Assembly: GCF_036321535.1 (NCBI RefSeq)
Contig: NC_087445.1
Coordinates: forward strand, 62,870,001-62,934,000
Length of the DNA stretch: 64,000 nt
Origin: Camelus dromedarius
Lineage: Eukaryota
Direction: 5' to 3'
Numbering within the stretch: position 1 is the first letter of the stretch; the number at the start of each line of letters is the position of its first letter. A program made the position numbers and the translations under genes. Shown here piece by piece: positions 47,864 to 61,680 of this stretch. The notes beneath the pieces are model-generated. The model saw nothing but the letters and a program-made list of their open reading frames with translations, ran no database searches and was not told the DNA's origin.

Positions 47864-49899
47864 GGTGGTTTAAATGTTAAATAAAAAAAAAAAGGTATGG
47901 TAAAATGCTGAATAAAGAATATTTAAAGTATTCCCCAAAGAGTATTTTTAAAATGTCTCTGTGTATAAGGAAAACTAATAATGTGTCAAGGGTATGCAAA
48001 GCCACAGGATTAAAATAAGTGCATTTTTCCAGAGTGTTTATTTTACTCTGAGATTTTGTGGGAAGCATGGTAATTAATTTAAGTGGTAAGTAATTTAAAC
48101 ATTTTTTTTAAAGGCAAACAGATTTTTTTGAGAGAAAAGAAAGGGGTTATGTGTGTGTGTGCGCGTGGTTTTTTGAAAGCATGATGGGACTACATCCCCA
48201 CACTGTCAGAGGAGTACCATTAGCTTCTCTCTGTGCTAGGAGAAAGGTCAATATAAAAACATGAGTCCTGAATTGAGACTTTAGGCTTGTAACTGTGATT
48301 TTCATCAAACAGGGTGCTAACTCACCACCAAGTCTAAGAAGGGGCTATAAGACTGGGAAGAAACCGACAGTAACTCTCCCATCTCCCCTACCTGCAACAC
48401 ACTGCCTGGTACAAGAACCCCAGGTGTCTGTCCAGAGAGGCTCCTTGTCATTGTGGTGAAACAGGCTGTACTATGTCTCCAACACCACAGAAAACCAGGG
48501 CAGAGAGCAATCCCTCCTTTTTGCTGGCAATAACCAAACTTAAAACTTAGCTAAACTGTAACCCTGCCACTTCCCAAAAAGTGACTGTAGGCAAGCCATT
48601 TAATCTGGCTGAGCCTTGCTTGCCTCTTTTGTAAGATGAAACTACTGATGTCTATTTGAATCATTGTTGTGGAGATTAATCGTGACATAGGACAACAACT
48701 ATGGAGTGCCTGGTAAATTGCTGGTGTTCAAAATATGGTCCACTTTTACTCGACTGACACCACCCTGAATCATTTTGCAGCTAGAGTAACTCTAGGTCAG
48801 ACAGGGATGTGATTTGCCTAAGGTCACATTTCTGAGTCTGACTCACTTACTCAGCAACTTCTACGTGCTGGGCACTGTGCTAACAGATGTGATGACAAAC
48901 AGGCATTGTCCTTCAGGGAGTTCACAGCACACTGGCGACGATCGCAGGGAAGTGGGCAATTAAAGCCCAACTATGTGCTTTGTGCTGTGTGAGAAATCAT
49001 CCAATTACAACTCCTGGTACTTGCTGAGCACGCAGTGTGCATATCCTTAATTAAATGCAAACAACTATATACCAATAATCTCAGTTAATCCTTACAGCAA
49101 AACTCACCTCCATTTAGAAATAAAGAAATGGGTAGAGAGATGAAACACAGTTAAGATGCTGGGTTCTCAGATAAAATCAGGTTCCAGTCTGAGATTTATA
49201 CTTATGAATATGTGGCCTTGTTGTTTAATCACCTGGGCACCAATTGCTTATCTCATAGGGTCATTATGAAGATGAAGTAAACCATGCACGTCAAGTGTTT
49301 AGCTGCAGCCAGACACTAAGTGCTCAAATGTTAGTTTTGTTGTGTTTGCTGTTTTACCCTTGTGAAGGGTCACATTGCCTACGTGGGATTTCAAATTCAA
49401 GCCCATCCTACTTGAAATATCTTCCTGCTCCTAAGCTATACTGTATGGTCACCTGCAGGAGCCTGTGGTTGGCCCCAAACTACACAGGGGCCACAGGTCC
49501 TCACCAGCCAGTAGGCTAGACCATCTCTCGATTGCGAAGACTCTATCCCTTCCTGCTCCCCTAAAACTAGATTAGTTTTGGGTTCCTAGGTAGCTTCAAT
49601 TTGCAGGGATAGAGGCTGCGCAGTGTGTTCCCATCTCTACGTCTGCTGTCAGCCTCCTAGCTTGAGTAAGGTGTAAGAAAATTTCACAAGAACTATTTGT
49701 TCATCAGGTAAACTTATCTCTAGCCTGCAGTGTGTCACTGGGAGAACGATGAGGCCCTGAAGCACTACCTTTCTACGCGTGTCCAGGCTCTGTGCTTGCC
49801 CCAGAGTGGAAGCTGTAGTCTTCTCTTGGCCCATTTCTCAGATGGCAAAGCTGAGGTTCAGAGAGGCCTTTCTGCAAGGTGCCAAGGCTTGGCTGAGGA

Positions 49900-50560
49900 C
49901 CACTCCTGGAAGCCGCCGTTTAGCAGAGGGGTTGACACAGACTGGAGTCAGGCACGTGAGTTCTCGTTTAGCTCCCCGACTCGCTGAGTGAACTTGGGCA
50001 GGCCCTTTTCGCCCCAGTTTTTTTAACTGTCCGATGGGGACAGAAAACTGAATTGCGTGGCCCCAAGACAACTATCTCTCAGCGGAGGGCCCACCACCAC
50101 CCTGCCGCTGGGCCGTGAACGCTGCCCCACCCGCCTACAAGCCCCAGCATGCCCGGGGGGGGCGGGGCGAGGTGATGGACAGGCCGTTCCGCGAATTGGC
50201 GCCAGCCAAGGGGAGCGCGTTGGCGCGTGCGCAGAGGGCGGCAGGCGGGTGGGCTGGCAGCGGTGGACGCGTCGGAGCCGCGGGCGGTCAGGTAGGGGGC
50301 GGGATGGAGGGTGGGGGACTAGGGGCCGCGGCCGGAGTCGCGGGCGGTGGCTGAGCCGCGGGGCGGGCGACTGTGCCGGCGTGCGGCGGCCGATCCACGC
50401 CAGAATGTCAGGGTCTGGGGACCGGATCTGAGGGGCAGGACCGGGGTGGGGGTGGGGCGGTGAGGGGCAGACTCGGGAGGGATTCGAGGGGACTGAGGAG
50501 CTCGGAGGAGATGCACCGGGGGAGGGGAGCGAGGGGCTGTGAGAAGATTCGCGGTGCAGC
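49900..50560. promoter_or_regulatory. CpG-island promoter of TRIM32 (probably bidirectional with short ASTN2 isoforms)
   Basis: Densest non-coding CpG cluster in the window. GC box GGGGCGGGG near 50159-50167, E2F-like TTGGCGC near 50196 and 50220, NRF1-type GCGCGTGCGCA at 50223-50233, and no TATA box. Confidence 0.9.
50225..50291 (+). other. TRIM32: TRIM32 non-coding exon 1 (start approximate)
   Basis: Lies within the CpG island and ends in donor CAG|GTAGGG at 50291/50292. About 8 kb upstream of the coding-exon acceptor, consistent with the known two-exon TRIM32 structure. Confidence 0.75.
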
Positions 50561-51890
50561 ATCTCGGGAGGTATGAGGTAATGTGGGGACCCTGAGGACA
50601 GACGGATGCAGAATCTGGGAGATGGGAGGGGATCATCTGAAGGCCCTGGAGGATCAGGGGTGCAGAATCTCGGAAATAGGAAGGGATTTGCGAGCCCTGA
50701 TGCGATTTGGGGTGCAGAATCTCAGGAGATTTGAGGGAATCTAGGCTTTGGGAGGAGGGGGTAAGAGCTAACATCAGAGAGCAGGGTCGGGGCCATCCTA
50801 ATTACTTAGGAGGAAGCGTTTTCCCGAGTGGAATCTGGGGAATCTGAGTTTTGGGGGGAAGCAGTGTCTCATTAGCAAAAAGAAGAAACACTAGCTCTGG
50901 TATGAAGCAACACATGATATGGGTGGGTAAAAGAGGAAGGAGCAAGATGTGAAGGCGGCAGGGTTCCTGGTGGAATGCAGGAGGTGGGGGGAGCTCAGAT
51001 TGAGGGAGGGCACAGATGTGAGGTGTGGGTTTGGGGTGTTAAACTGTGATGCAGTCCTGAAGGCTGCAGAGATTTGGAAACAGAGATTAAAGGATCTATG
51101 TCAGAGGGATTCAGGGCACATGAGTGAAGAATTGGCGAGGGTTGCAATGTAGATCCCAAAAGGCTGTAATTTTGTATTGTAAGAGAGTTGGGAATGGGAT
51201 TCAGGAAGGGTTGAATGGTGGGTGGAGATGTACTAATTGGGCTGTAGAATTAAGAAACTCTGAATAGAGTCCTGGATTGGTGTCTTGGACTGCTAAAGGA
51301 ATTTTCCTGATGTCTCTGCACGGGAAGCAAAGGGAGTTCTGGGGACCCAAGGACCTAGAAGTAATGTATGAAACTGTATGAGTGTATGAAGTTTAGCAGA
51401 ATTCAGAGAGTCAGCAATAAAGTGGTGGAGATCAGGAGTCCTGAAGGAGACTAACTTTCCCTGTGAGGGGCAGAATCTCCCTCACTTGTTAACCAGAGAT
51501 CCCTGATCATGAACAGCCCTGGTACTGCCACTCACTCCACTCTGAACCCCTGGCCAGCTGAAAGTGGTAGGTGTGGGGGAGAAGAGAGTGATCAATGGAA
51601 TCATAAAGCAGGAACCTATTCAAGGTCATCTGCCCAGGCTCCCCTTTGCCTGTCCCTCCAAGCTGTGGTGACAGATAGTATGTGACACCTGCAGGGGATG
51701 AGAGGAACATGATCTCAGGCCTTATTTTCCTTATCAGTTATGTAAGCACATTGAATTAATCCAACATAAGGTCCATTACAGTGGCTCTGTGAACGAGGTG
51801 TTGGGCTGGGAGAGAGACAAGAAAAGGGGAACTCTGATGTACTGAGCATTTAGTCCCGTGCCAAGTTCTAAAGAAATGGTTCCTAATTGG

Positions 51891-52100
51891 CAGTGGTTTT
51901 GTCCCCCAGAGGACATTTGGCAATGTCTGGAGACATTTTTGGTTGTCACATTTGCGGTTTGGGGTACTACTGGCTTTTGGTAGGTGGACACCAGGGACAC
52001 TGTTACACATCCTACAGTGATGCCATCCTACAGTGGACAGCCCCCACAGCAAAGAAGTATCGCCCAAAATATCAATAGTGCCAAAGCTGGGGAACTCTGC
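51891..52100. mobile_element. MER20 hAT element
   Basis: ggacatttggcaatgtctggagacatttttggttgtcac...cccaaaatatcaatagtgccaa. Confidence 0.85.
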
Positions 52101-55100
52101 TCTAGAGTCAGATATTCTGGATTCAGATCTTGGCTCTGTCTCTTCCCGACTGTGTGATCTTGAATGAATTACTTAACCTCCTTGTGTATGGCTCTTCATC
52201 TGAAAGATGGGGTTAATAACAAGACCTACATCATAGATTACTGTGAAAACTCAGTGAAGTAAATCAGAGTGCTTCGTGTCTAGTGCAGAGTATGTGCTCA
52301 AAACTTAGTAATTTTTAATTTTCGTATCAGTTTTCTTACTCAGTTTTCCTAACAGCCCTATTCTATATCCAGTTTTACACATAAGGAAACTTGTCTAAGG
52401 TTCTATAGCTAGAGATGGCAACACTAGGTTCATATTCCAGTCTCTGTAACCCTGTATAGGCCCTCTTTTTTTGCTTTTTTCCTTGCTGGGGGCTTTTTAG
52501 TCTTTATCTCAACCCGTTCCCCTCTAATAAAAGAATTGCCCAGTGAGTATCACCGAATATCAAATTGAACTCTAGAAGGAATAAATCTATCTAATTAAGT
52601 AGGGTGTAGCCCTGGACTTTGTTCTTGATTTACTCTTAGACCAGGACCAGTGGGTAGATAAGGGGAGGAGCTTGAAGTTAGCAGGCAGGATGAGAGACAA
52701 GAGACTAGAGGGTGAGGTAAGGGGGCCACTGGCTTGAAAAAACACTTCATAGCAGGGACTGAGGCTGAAGACGCCCATATTCTGGAAAGGAACTCCTGTT
52801 CTGAATGATCCCTTGTGGGCTTCTTTCCCTTGGGACAGAATAACAGCATTTGCTCTGTCAGCTCCAGGACTAGCTACAGCATTGCTGAGACCATTTCAGA
52901 AACATCACAAGGGCTACATCAGAAGGCCAGAGACTGAGCTGGAATATCCACAAACACACCCCTAAGCAAAATATGTAGTGAGAATTGAATCAGCCCAGTA
53001 ATCAGAGGCTTGAAGTCCAGAATCCTTCCTCTGCTGCTAATTTACTAGGTGATCTTGGACAAGTACTTGCCCTCATCAGCCTCAATCTATTACAAACACT
53101 AATAGCTACCATTTATTGAGTGCTTATTATGTGCATTATCTCAGTTAATCCTGCCAGTGATCCTGCCAACAATCTAGGTGCTATTCTACATTTTACAGAT
53201 GAGAAAACAAATAGGTTAAATGATTTACCCAAGGCTCCATAGCAAGTGGCACAACAGGGATTTGAGCCCAGATCTGTCTGACTCTTATAGTTATATTAGT
53301 TATAGTTATATTATACTAGTTTTAGTAGAAAGGCTTTTCCAATAGTTAAGAGCTCATACACTCATGTCTGGAGAGTGGTTGGTAGTCAGAAGTCTATGGC
53401 GCCCTGGAAGTGCATCACTGTCCATGCACACTGTATCAACAGCACGATGGACTTTTATGTCTTGTGAAAGGAAATGTAGGTTCTCTTTTACATGTGTTCT
53501 AGTTTTTACCTGAGGAGCTCTGTTCTTGTCTGTTACTGCTCAAAATTATATCTCCAGTGTTTTCACAGGGCTGGACTCATAGTAGGTACTCAGTAAAGAT
53601 CTGCTTAATTAATTGCTTAAAGCCCTCCAGTTTTGGTCATAGGGAATAGAGACATCTAGACAACTAACTATCCATGGTGTGGATTCATGCATTTTATAGA
53701 GATTTGAAACCTTAGGTCATCTCTAATCCTTTGATTCTGAGATCAGGTAAAACAATCCCCAGAGAAGGCTCAGAATTTTAATTTTAGAAACATTATTACC
53801 TGATATCTTTGAAAAGTGCCTGTTCATTCTTTCTCACTGGCTGGGTGGTGGCCACCACTGCTGCTGCACCTGCTATTGCTGTGGAAAACTGTTATTTATT
53901 GCAGAGTTAACTGTATGCCTCGCTTGGTATTTTCCGGGCAAGAGAAGTTGTAAATGCATTTGCCCATCAGTTTCTAACATGGGTATCTGGTGTCCTCAAT
54001 CAGATTCCTTCAACGCTGACAAGTCTTCTTTATTAATCTTTAGGTGCCTTTATAGGCTGTGAAAGGAAGGATTCTTCATCCTCTCAAAATGTAGTTTGTA
54101 AACTGAATGCTTTGCTATATGAGTACTAGTTGTTACATTGTTAATACTCTTCCTGTCACTAAAATTATGACAAATAGCAGTTTTTTATTGCATACTGACC
54201 ACTTTTCAGGCTAAGCACTTTATCATTATCTATAGTTATCACAGTAACCTTTTTTTATAAGAAAGGAAGCAGGTTTAGTGAGGCTGAATAACTTGCCCAC
54301 TGTCTCACAACTTGGAAATGACATGCGGATTTGATCTCAGTTCTTTCTGACTTCAAGGTTCACTGGGTTTTTGTACGTGTTTGTTGTGGTTGTTGTTGTT
54401 TGTTTTTGTTCTGCTACCCTCATTTATTTATATCATGGATTGGAGAAAGCCTGGTGGTGCCAGAGGCACCTAGATCAGGCTACGGTATGACCATAGAATT
54501 TTCTTGAGTCTTAGGGCAGCTGGAGCGAATGCAGCTTAACGGGTAGATTCTCATTTGGAGCTGAATCAGAGCTGGGCTAGTATCAGCGTGGGGTGTGCGC
54601 TATCATGAGATCAAAGGAATTGGTGGTGGGGTAGGCTGAGGTGAGATGAAGTGAGGGGTCAAGAGTTGACAGTACAAAGGGCACAATAGGAAATACGTCC
54701 AAGTATCCAGAAGGCAGCCGAAGATGTAAATAACATGTTGGGGGTTCATTTTGATTTAGTTTATATTTTATACTTGGCAGAAAATGGGCAGCTAACGTAA
54801 AGACTTGGAATGGTAAGACACTTCCACACACTCATCTGTCTTTTCAGGGAAACTGAGTTCAAATTGACTTTCCATCTGAATCCTTCTCGGTATTAACACT
54901 AATGACCAGGTGTATCCTTCTGGAGCAGAGGGGCTGTATCTGTCTGTCACATAGCTGAGTATCAGACTAGGATCCTGCTGAAAGCGGTGTTCCCGTGTCG
55001 TACAAACAGGAGACGTGGTTCAGGCGTTTTCCAGATCCGAGGCTACCTCCATGCCTCATGCTTTAGGGATGGGAACTCGTGTCTCCCTGGCAAAGCGTGG

Positions 55101-58100
55101 CAGCTTTAGGAAAGGAGTCCTTCACATTGTCTTCTGCCTCAGAGCCTAGTGAAGCTGCAGACAGCTGAGACGGTTTGGGGGATGGACGTGGGCTTAGAAG
55201 TGGGTGGCTTAAACAGGGAGGCAGGAAGCTTTTTTTATTGAAGGAGGGGTGGTATGATATTCCAGAAAACTGGAGAAAGCATTTGCTGGTATTTTTACAA
55301 GTTGGCAGGCTTGTTTAATTAGATGAGCTGCAGTGCCAGTTCTGAGAACAGATGTCCCTGTGCATTGTAAGGTAACATGCTCTGGATCCAAATATCAAAT
55401 GTTGCCCTCAGTCTGTTGTCCCAGATGATGGAAGAGAGGACTGAAGCTATTGGTTTAGAACTGAGGAGGTTTGCATGGATCCAGAGTTAAGGTTTCCATC
55501 ACTATTTCTATACGATTGCACCCAGACTCATGACATTTAAGAATTCAGCATTCATAGCTTTGGATATTCACATGAGACCTTTTGAGTTCATGATATGTGG
55601 TAATGTGTTATTTTGTTGAGGCATAGATTTGAGTCATAATAGATTGTAAGGCTGGTATGTGGGAGTGGGTCACTCAGCTAGTAGATCAATCTAACCCACT
55701 CTATAGCAGCTAAATCTCATTATTATTATTCTTCCTTAACTATGGAGAAAATTCTATGCTATAAGGCAGCATTTCCCAGAGTATGGTCTAGAGAAAACTA
55801 TTAATAAATGTTATATGATGGTTAAAAAAAAAAGCTTGAAGTAATGTTGGGTTAAACAAAGTTAAAGATAACTTTACTGCACAGTCCCATTGTGTCTGAG
55901 CTGTGTGACTTCGAGTCAGTTTTTCTGAGCCTTACCTTCCTCATCTGTAAAATGGTGTAATAACAATAGTACCTACATCATAGGGTCATTATGAAGGCTG
56001 AAGAGGATAAAGTGTATGAAGCATCTAGCATGGTATCTAGCGTATAATAGGCACTAGATGTATACTCTTTCCTTTCCAGGAAGGGAAGTGGGATTTCAGG
56101 GAGGTTGGATAGACTTTGATAAATTGTGCATGTCTGTTACTGAATATTTGTCAGACTGTGATGCAAAGCTAAATCTGGGGGAAATTTGTAATATGTGTGT
56201 CTGCACTGACCCCCCTTCTTGTATATGGGTGGAGAAAGAGTTGATGACATTTGCAAAGCTTTCCTTAGCTTGCTGCATTGTCCTTAGAACCAAGACAATT
56301 TGCCCTCCTCCTCCTTGATGGCTGACCATCTGCAGATCACAAGACTGCACAGGTGCAGCAGTAGGATTTGCGTTTAAGAAGGGCTGAATGTATCCATGTG
56401 CCTCACCTTGCTAGATTTATTCGTTCTGATTTGGTATACATTGACATTGACAGACAGCTGCAGAGCACTGAGATCTCTGTGGTTCTACTTCATGAGCATA
56501 TGTGGATTGAGGAGGGTGGGAGTATTCATGGTATGTACTGCTTGTAGGAAAGGGTGTTTCCAGCCAAAAATAAACTGCCCTGATAAGACACTACTATTTT
56601 TTAGATCGTCAGTCATCAGGGCTTGAATCTTTGACTGTCTTAGCTCTACCACTTCCCCACCTAATCCACTCAGCTAACAACTCTCAGGGATCGTACTAAT
56701 GGCATATTGCTCAGGTGCATCTTCTTTCCATTTCCATCGCCTGCTCCTAGTTCAGGTTCCCCATAACCTCCACTAGGCAGTTTTGCATATCTTCCAAACT
56801 AGTTTCTCTTTCTTTTCCCCCACTCCATTCAAGCTTTGATCATATCAGTTCTCTGCTCCAAACCCTGCGTTGCTTCTCTGTGCCCATCAGAATGAAGTTC
56901 AAAGGTCTCATTTTGGCTCTGAAGCCTTCTTACAATCACTCCCCAATTTACCTTTCCAGATCAGTTACTCTAATTCCCATGTTCTCCCACAATTTTAACC
57001 CAAGGATGAGAGAAAAGAACTAAATTTTATTTAAGACTTTTGGTATTGAGCCAAATTTTAGCATTTTATACACTACATATAGGATCCCATTTAATCCTTG
57101 CAATTGACCTGTAATGGCAGTATTCTCTTTTTACAGAAGAGGAAACAAACCCAGAGAGGCTGTTTCTAATACACTGAAGCTCTTGTCCTTTCCCTTGCTT
57201 TCTAGCCTTCGTTAAGACCATGCCCTTTGCCTAGTGCCCCCTCTCCCCTATCTGCACACATGTGTGCGTCCTTCCAGGACCCTATCAAATGCTATCTCCC
57301 CTCAGAAAACTGTTTCCCTTCAAGTTAGAGTGAATGCCTTTGACCCTCCATCGAACTTAGCTTATATCTCATTTGTGATTCTATTTTATGCCTTGATTAT
57401 TGCTTACCCACATGTCTTGTCTCCTTTCCTGAAGTCTGAGCATTTGAAGGGCAAGATTTGTGTTCTGAAAACCTTAGTATCTATCTAGTACAATACATGA
57501 TGCCTAGTCCTAGATGGTAGGTAAGTAAACAGAACAGATGAATGAAAAATTCATGTAATTTTCTGACCTAATGTTTTGCTGATCACCTAAAGCTAAACAA
57601 CTTTAATTTTCTATTTCTCTGTATGATTCCTAGGACCCCTAAACATGACATGATAGACTCTATATAACACAATTTTAAAAAAAGTCTTCATGCTTTTGCT
57701 CACCCAGTGATCTTTGCTTAAAATGCCTTTATCTCTCACTGCCTTGTTCTTTCAACAGATCTCTGGAGTGTAATTGCTTCTGGGAAGCCCTCCCCAGTTC
57801 CTCTAGGCAGAATCTGTTACTCCATCCACTGGGCTCCTGCAGAACCTTGTGTATAATCCTTTCCTGTACTTTATTTTTCTCCTAATGTAAATTATGAGTT
57901 GTAAACTTCAAAAAAATGTAAAAATAATCACTAATATTTATCAGGCATACTGCTGGTGAGGTGCTATACTAAGTGCATCATATTATTTAACCCTTCCAAA
58001 GAACATATAAAGTAGACATCATTATTATTTCAACTTTATAGATGAGTGATAGGGAAACTGAGTTTTGGGAAGTTTAAGTTACTTCCTTAAGGTCACACAA

Positions 58101-58307
58101 CTAAGAGTAAGAGACTCCAGAACATGAATTCTCACCCACTTAAGCAATACTTTGTTTTTTTTTCCTGTGTTTCACCATCGCCTAGTAGAGTAGACGTCAA
58201 TAAATACTTGTTAAACAAGTCAGTGATGGAATGAGTAGCTGTTCTCTAAATGTTTCTCTAAATTAACTCATAGAGTCAGTGGAATAATGGCTTCTTTTTG
58301 TCTTTAG

Positions 58308-60349
<2,042 letters not shown>

Positions 60350-61680
60350 GGGCTGAGAAATACCAGTTTCTTCTGCTCCCCAGCCAACTTCCCTTATTTC
60401 TTGGTTGCTGGTGGTTCTATAGAGTAGATTTGGCCCGTGTCCTGATTCCAGCTGGCTAGTCCTAGAAGTTTAGAAGCTCTATCTTTCAGTGGTTTTTTTT
60501 ATTTGCATTATTTACCTCCCTAAGTTTAGAGCTTTAACAGATGCATTGCCCCAAATAGGACACATGATATGAGGTTAGCTGAAGTTTACTTAGAACTTAG
60601 GCACTTCCAAGGCTTCAGTAGAGAGCCTTTTTGCCCCTGGATTTGAAATGTGCCCTTGTGTTGAATCCTTGTTGATTTAACTCTTTTGACTTTGATCACC
60701 CTGGTCCATTATTTCCTTCCCATTATAATGTGCCCCATCTGTCTCACTTCCTCTTGAACTTTGCTGCATTTAGTGTGCATGCTTCAGTGGGATCTGCTTC
60801 ACCTTTCAGTGGCAGTTCAGACACTATCTCCCTGTGGCATGAGGTCTCAGGTCTGACCACCTTTACCAGTGTGAAAGACCATTTCATTGCCACCAAGGGA
60901 GATGCATAGTCCCTTTGGGAAGCAGTACCTCTTGGCTCTGTGGGTTTGTGCCATCTTGGATTGGTCTCTAATTGCAGATGTGACAGAGAATGGGTTGACC
61001 CTTGGTGGCTGGAAGATTTTTAGCCTGGAAATTGTTCACCTTTTAAAGGAGCGTATGAATTGAAATTATGCCAAAGCATAGGAAGATGGAAATAAACAAA
61101 AATATATGCTAATATAGTCAGCAAACACCCTTGGGTAGTCTCTAGAGCTCATCATTTTTCATATTACCTCTCTCCCCTGACCTGTGCTAGGAGTGGTCTG
61201 AGGAACTGCACAGCTCAGGCCAGGGCCAGCAGAGCAGAGAGGTGGACACATCTCATTTTCATTACTAAAACAAAACTGTTGGGTCCTTATTCTGTATGTT
61301 CCTCAAGGTATGCATAATATTTGGTTTGAGGATTTATTTCCATTCCTCTATCAAGCATTAAACAATTGATAATTGTTTCTTCATTACTGGTGTTCATGTC
61401 TTTTGATTAAATACAGCATTCGGGAGGGGAAGACAGGGTAAGTTGTACCTTGCTGCTTTGCTTTGATATCTGATGCTGCATTCTTTGAGAGCAGTCAGAA
61501 TCTACCTAGGTCAAAATTCAGCAAAAAGCACCCTTATGTAAAGATAATCCGTATCTTGTTCCCACATACATGTGTACAGAAGCAGCCCTTAAGGTCTATA
61601 GTCACCAACACCCTGTTTTAAACCGAGCCACCACCCTCTCTTTTATTCTTATAATTAAAGTTCAGAAAAGGAGGAAATCT
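60350..61680 (+). other. TRIM32: TRIM32 3'UTR (end inferred)
   Basis: Sequence after the stop has no obvious repeats. Candidate poly(A) signals are AATAAA 61091 and ATTAAA 61357, 61406 and 61654. The cleavage site cannot be determined from sequence alone. Confidence 0.6.

Noticed and set aside
50023..50774. Pro/Arg/Gly-rich ORFs of 124-179 aa
   Set aside because: Stop-poor CpG-island sequence with no domain signature.
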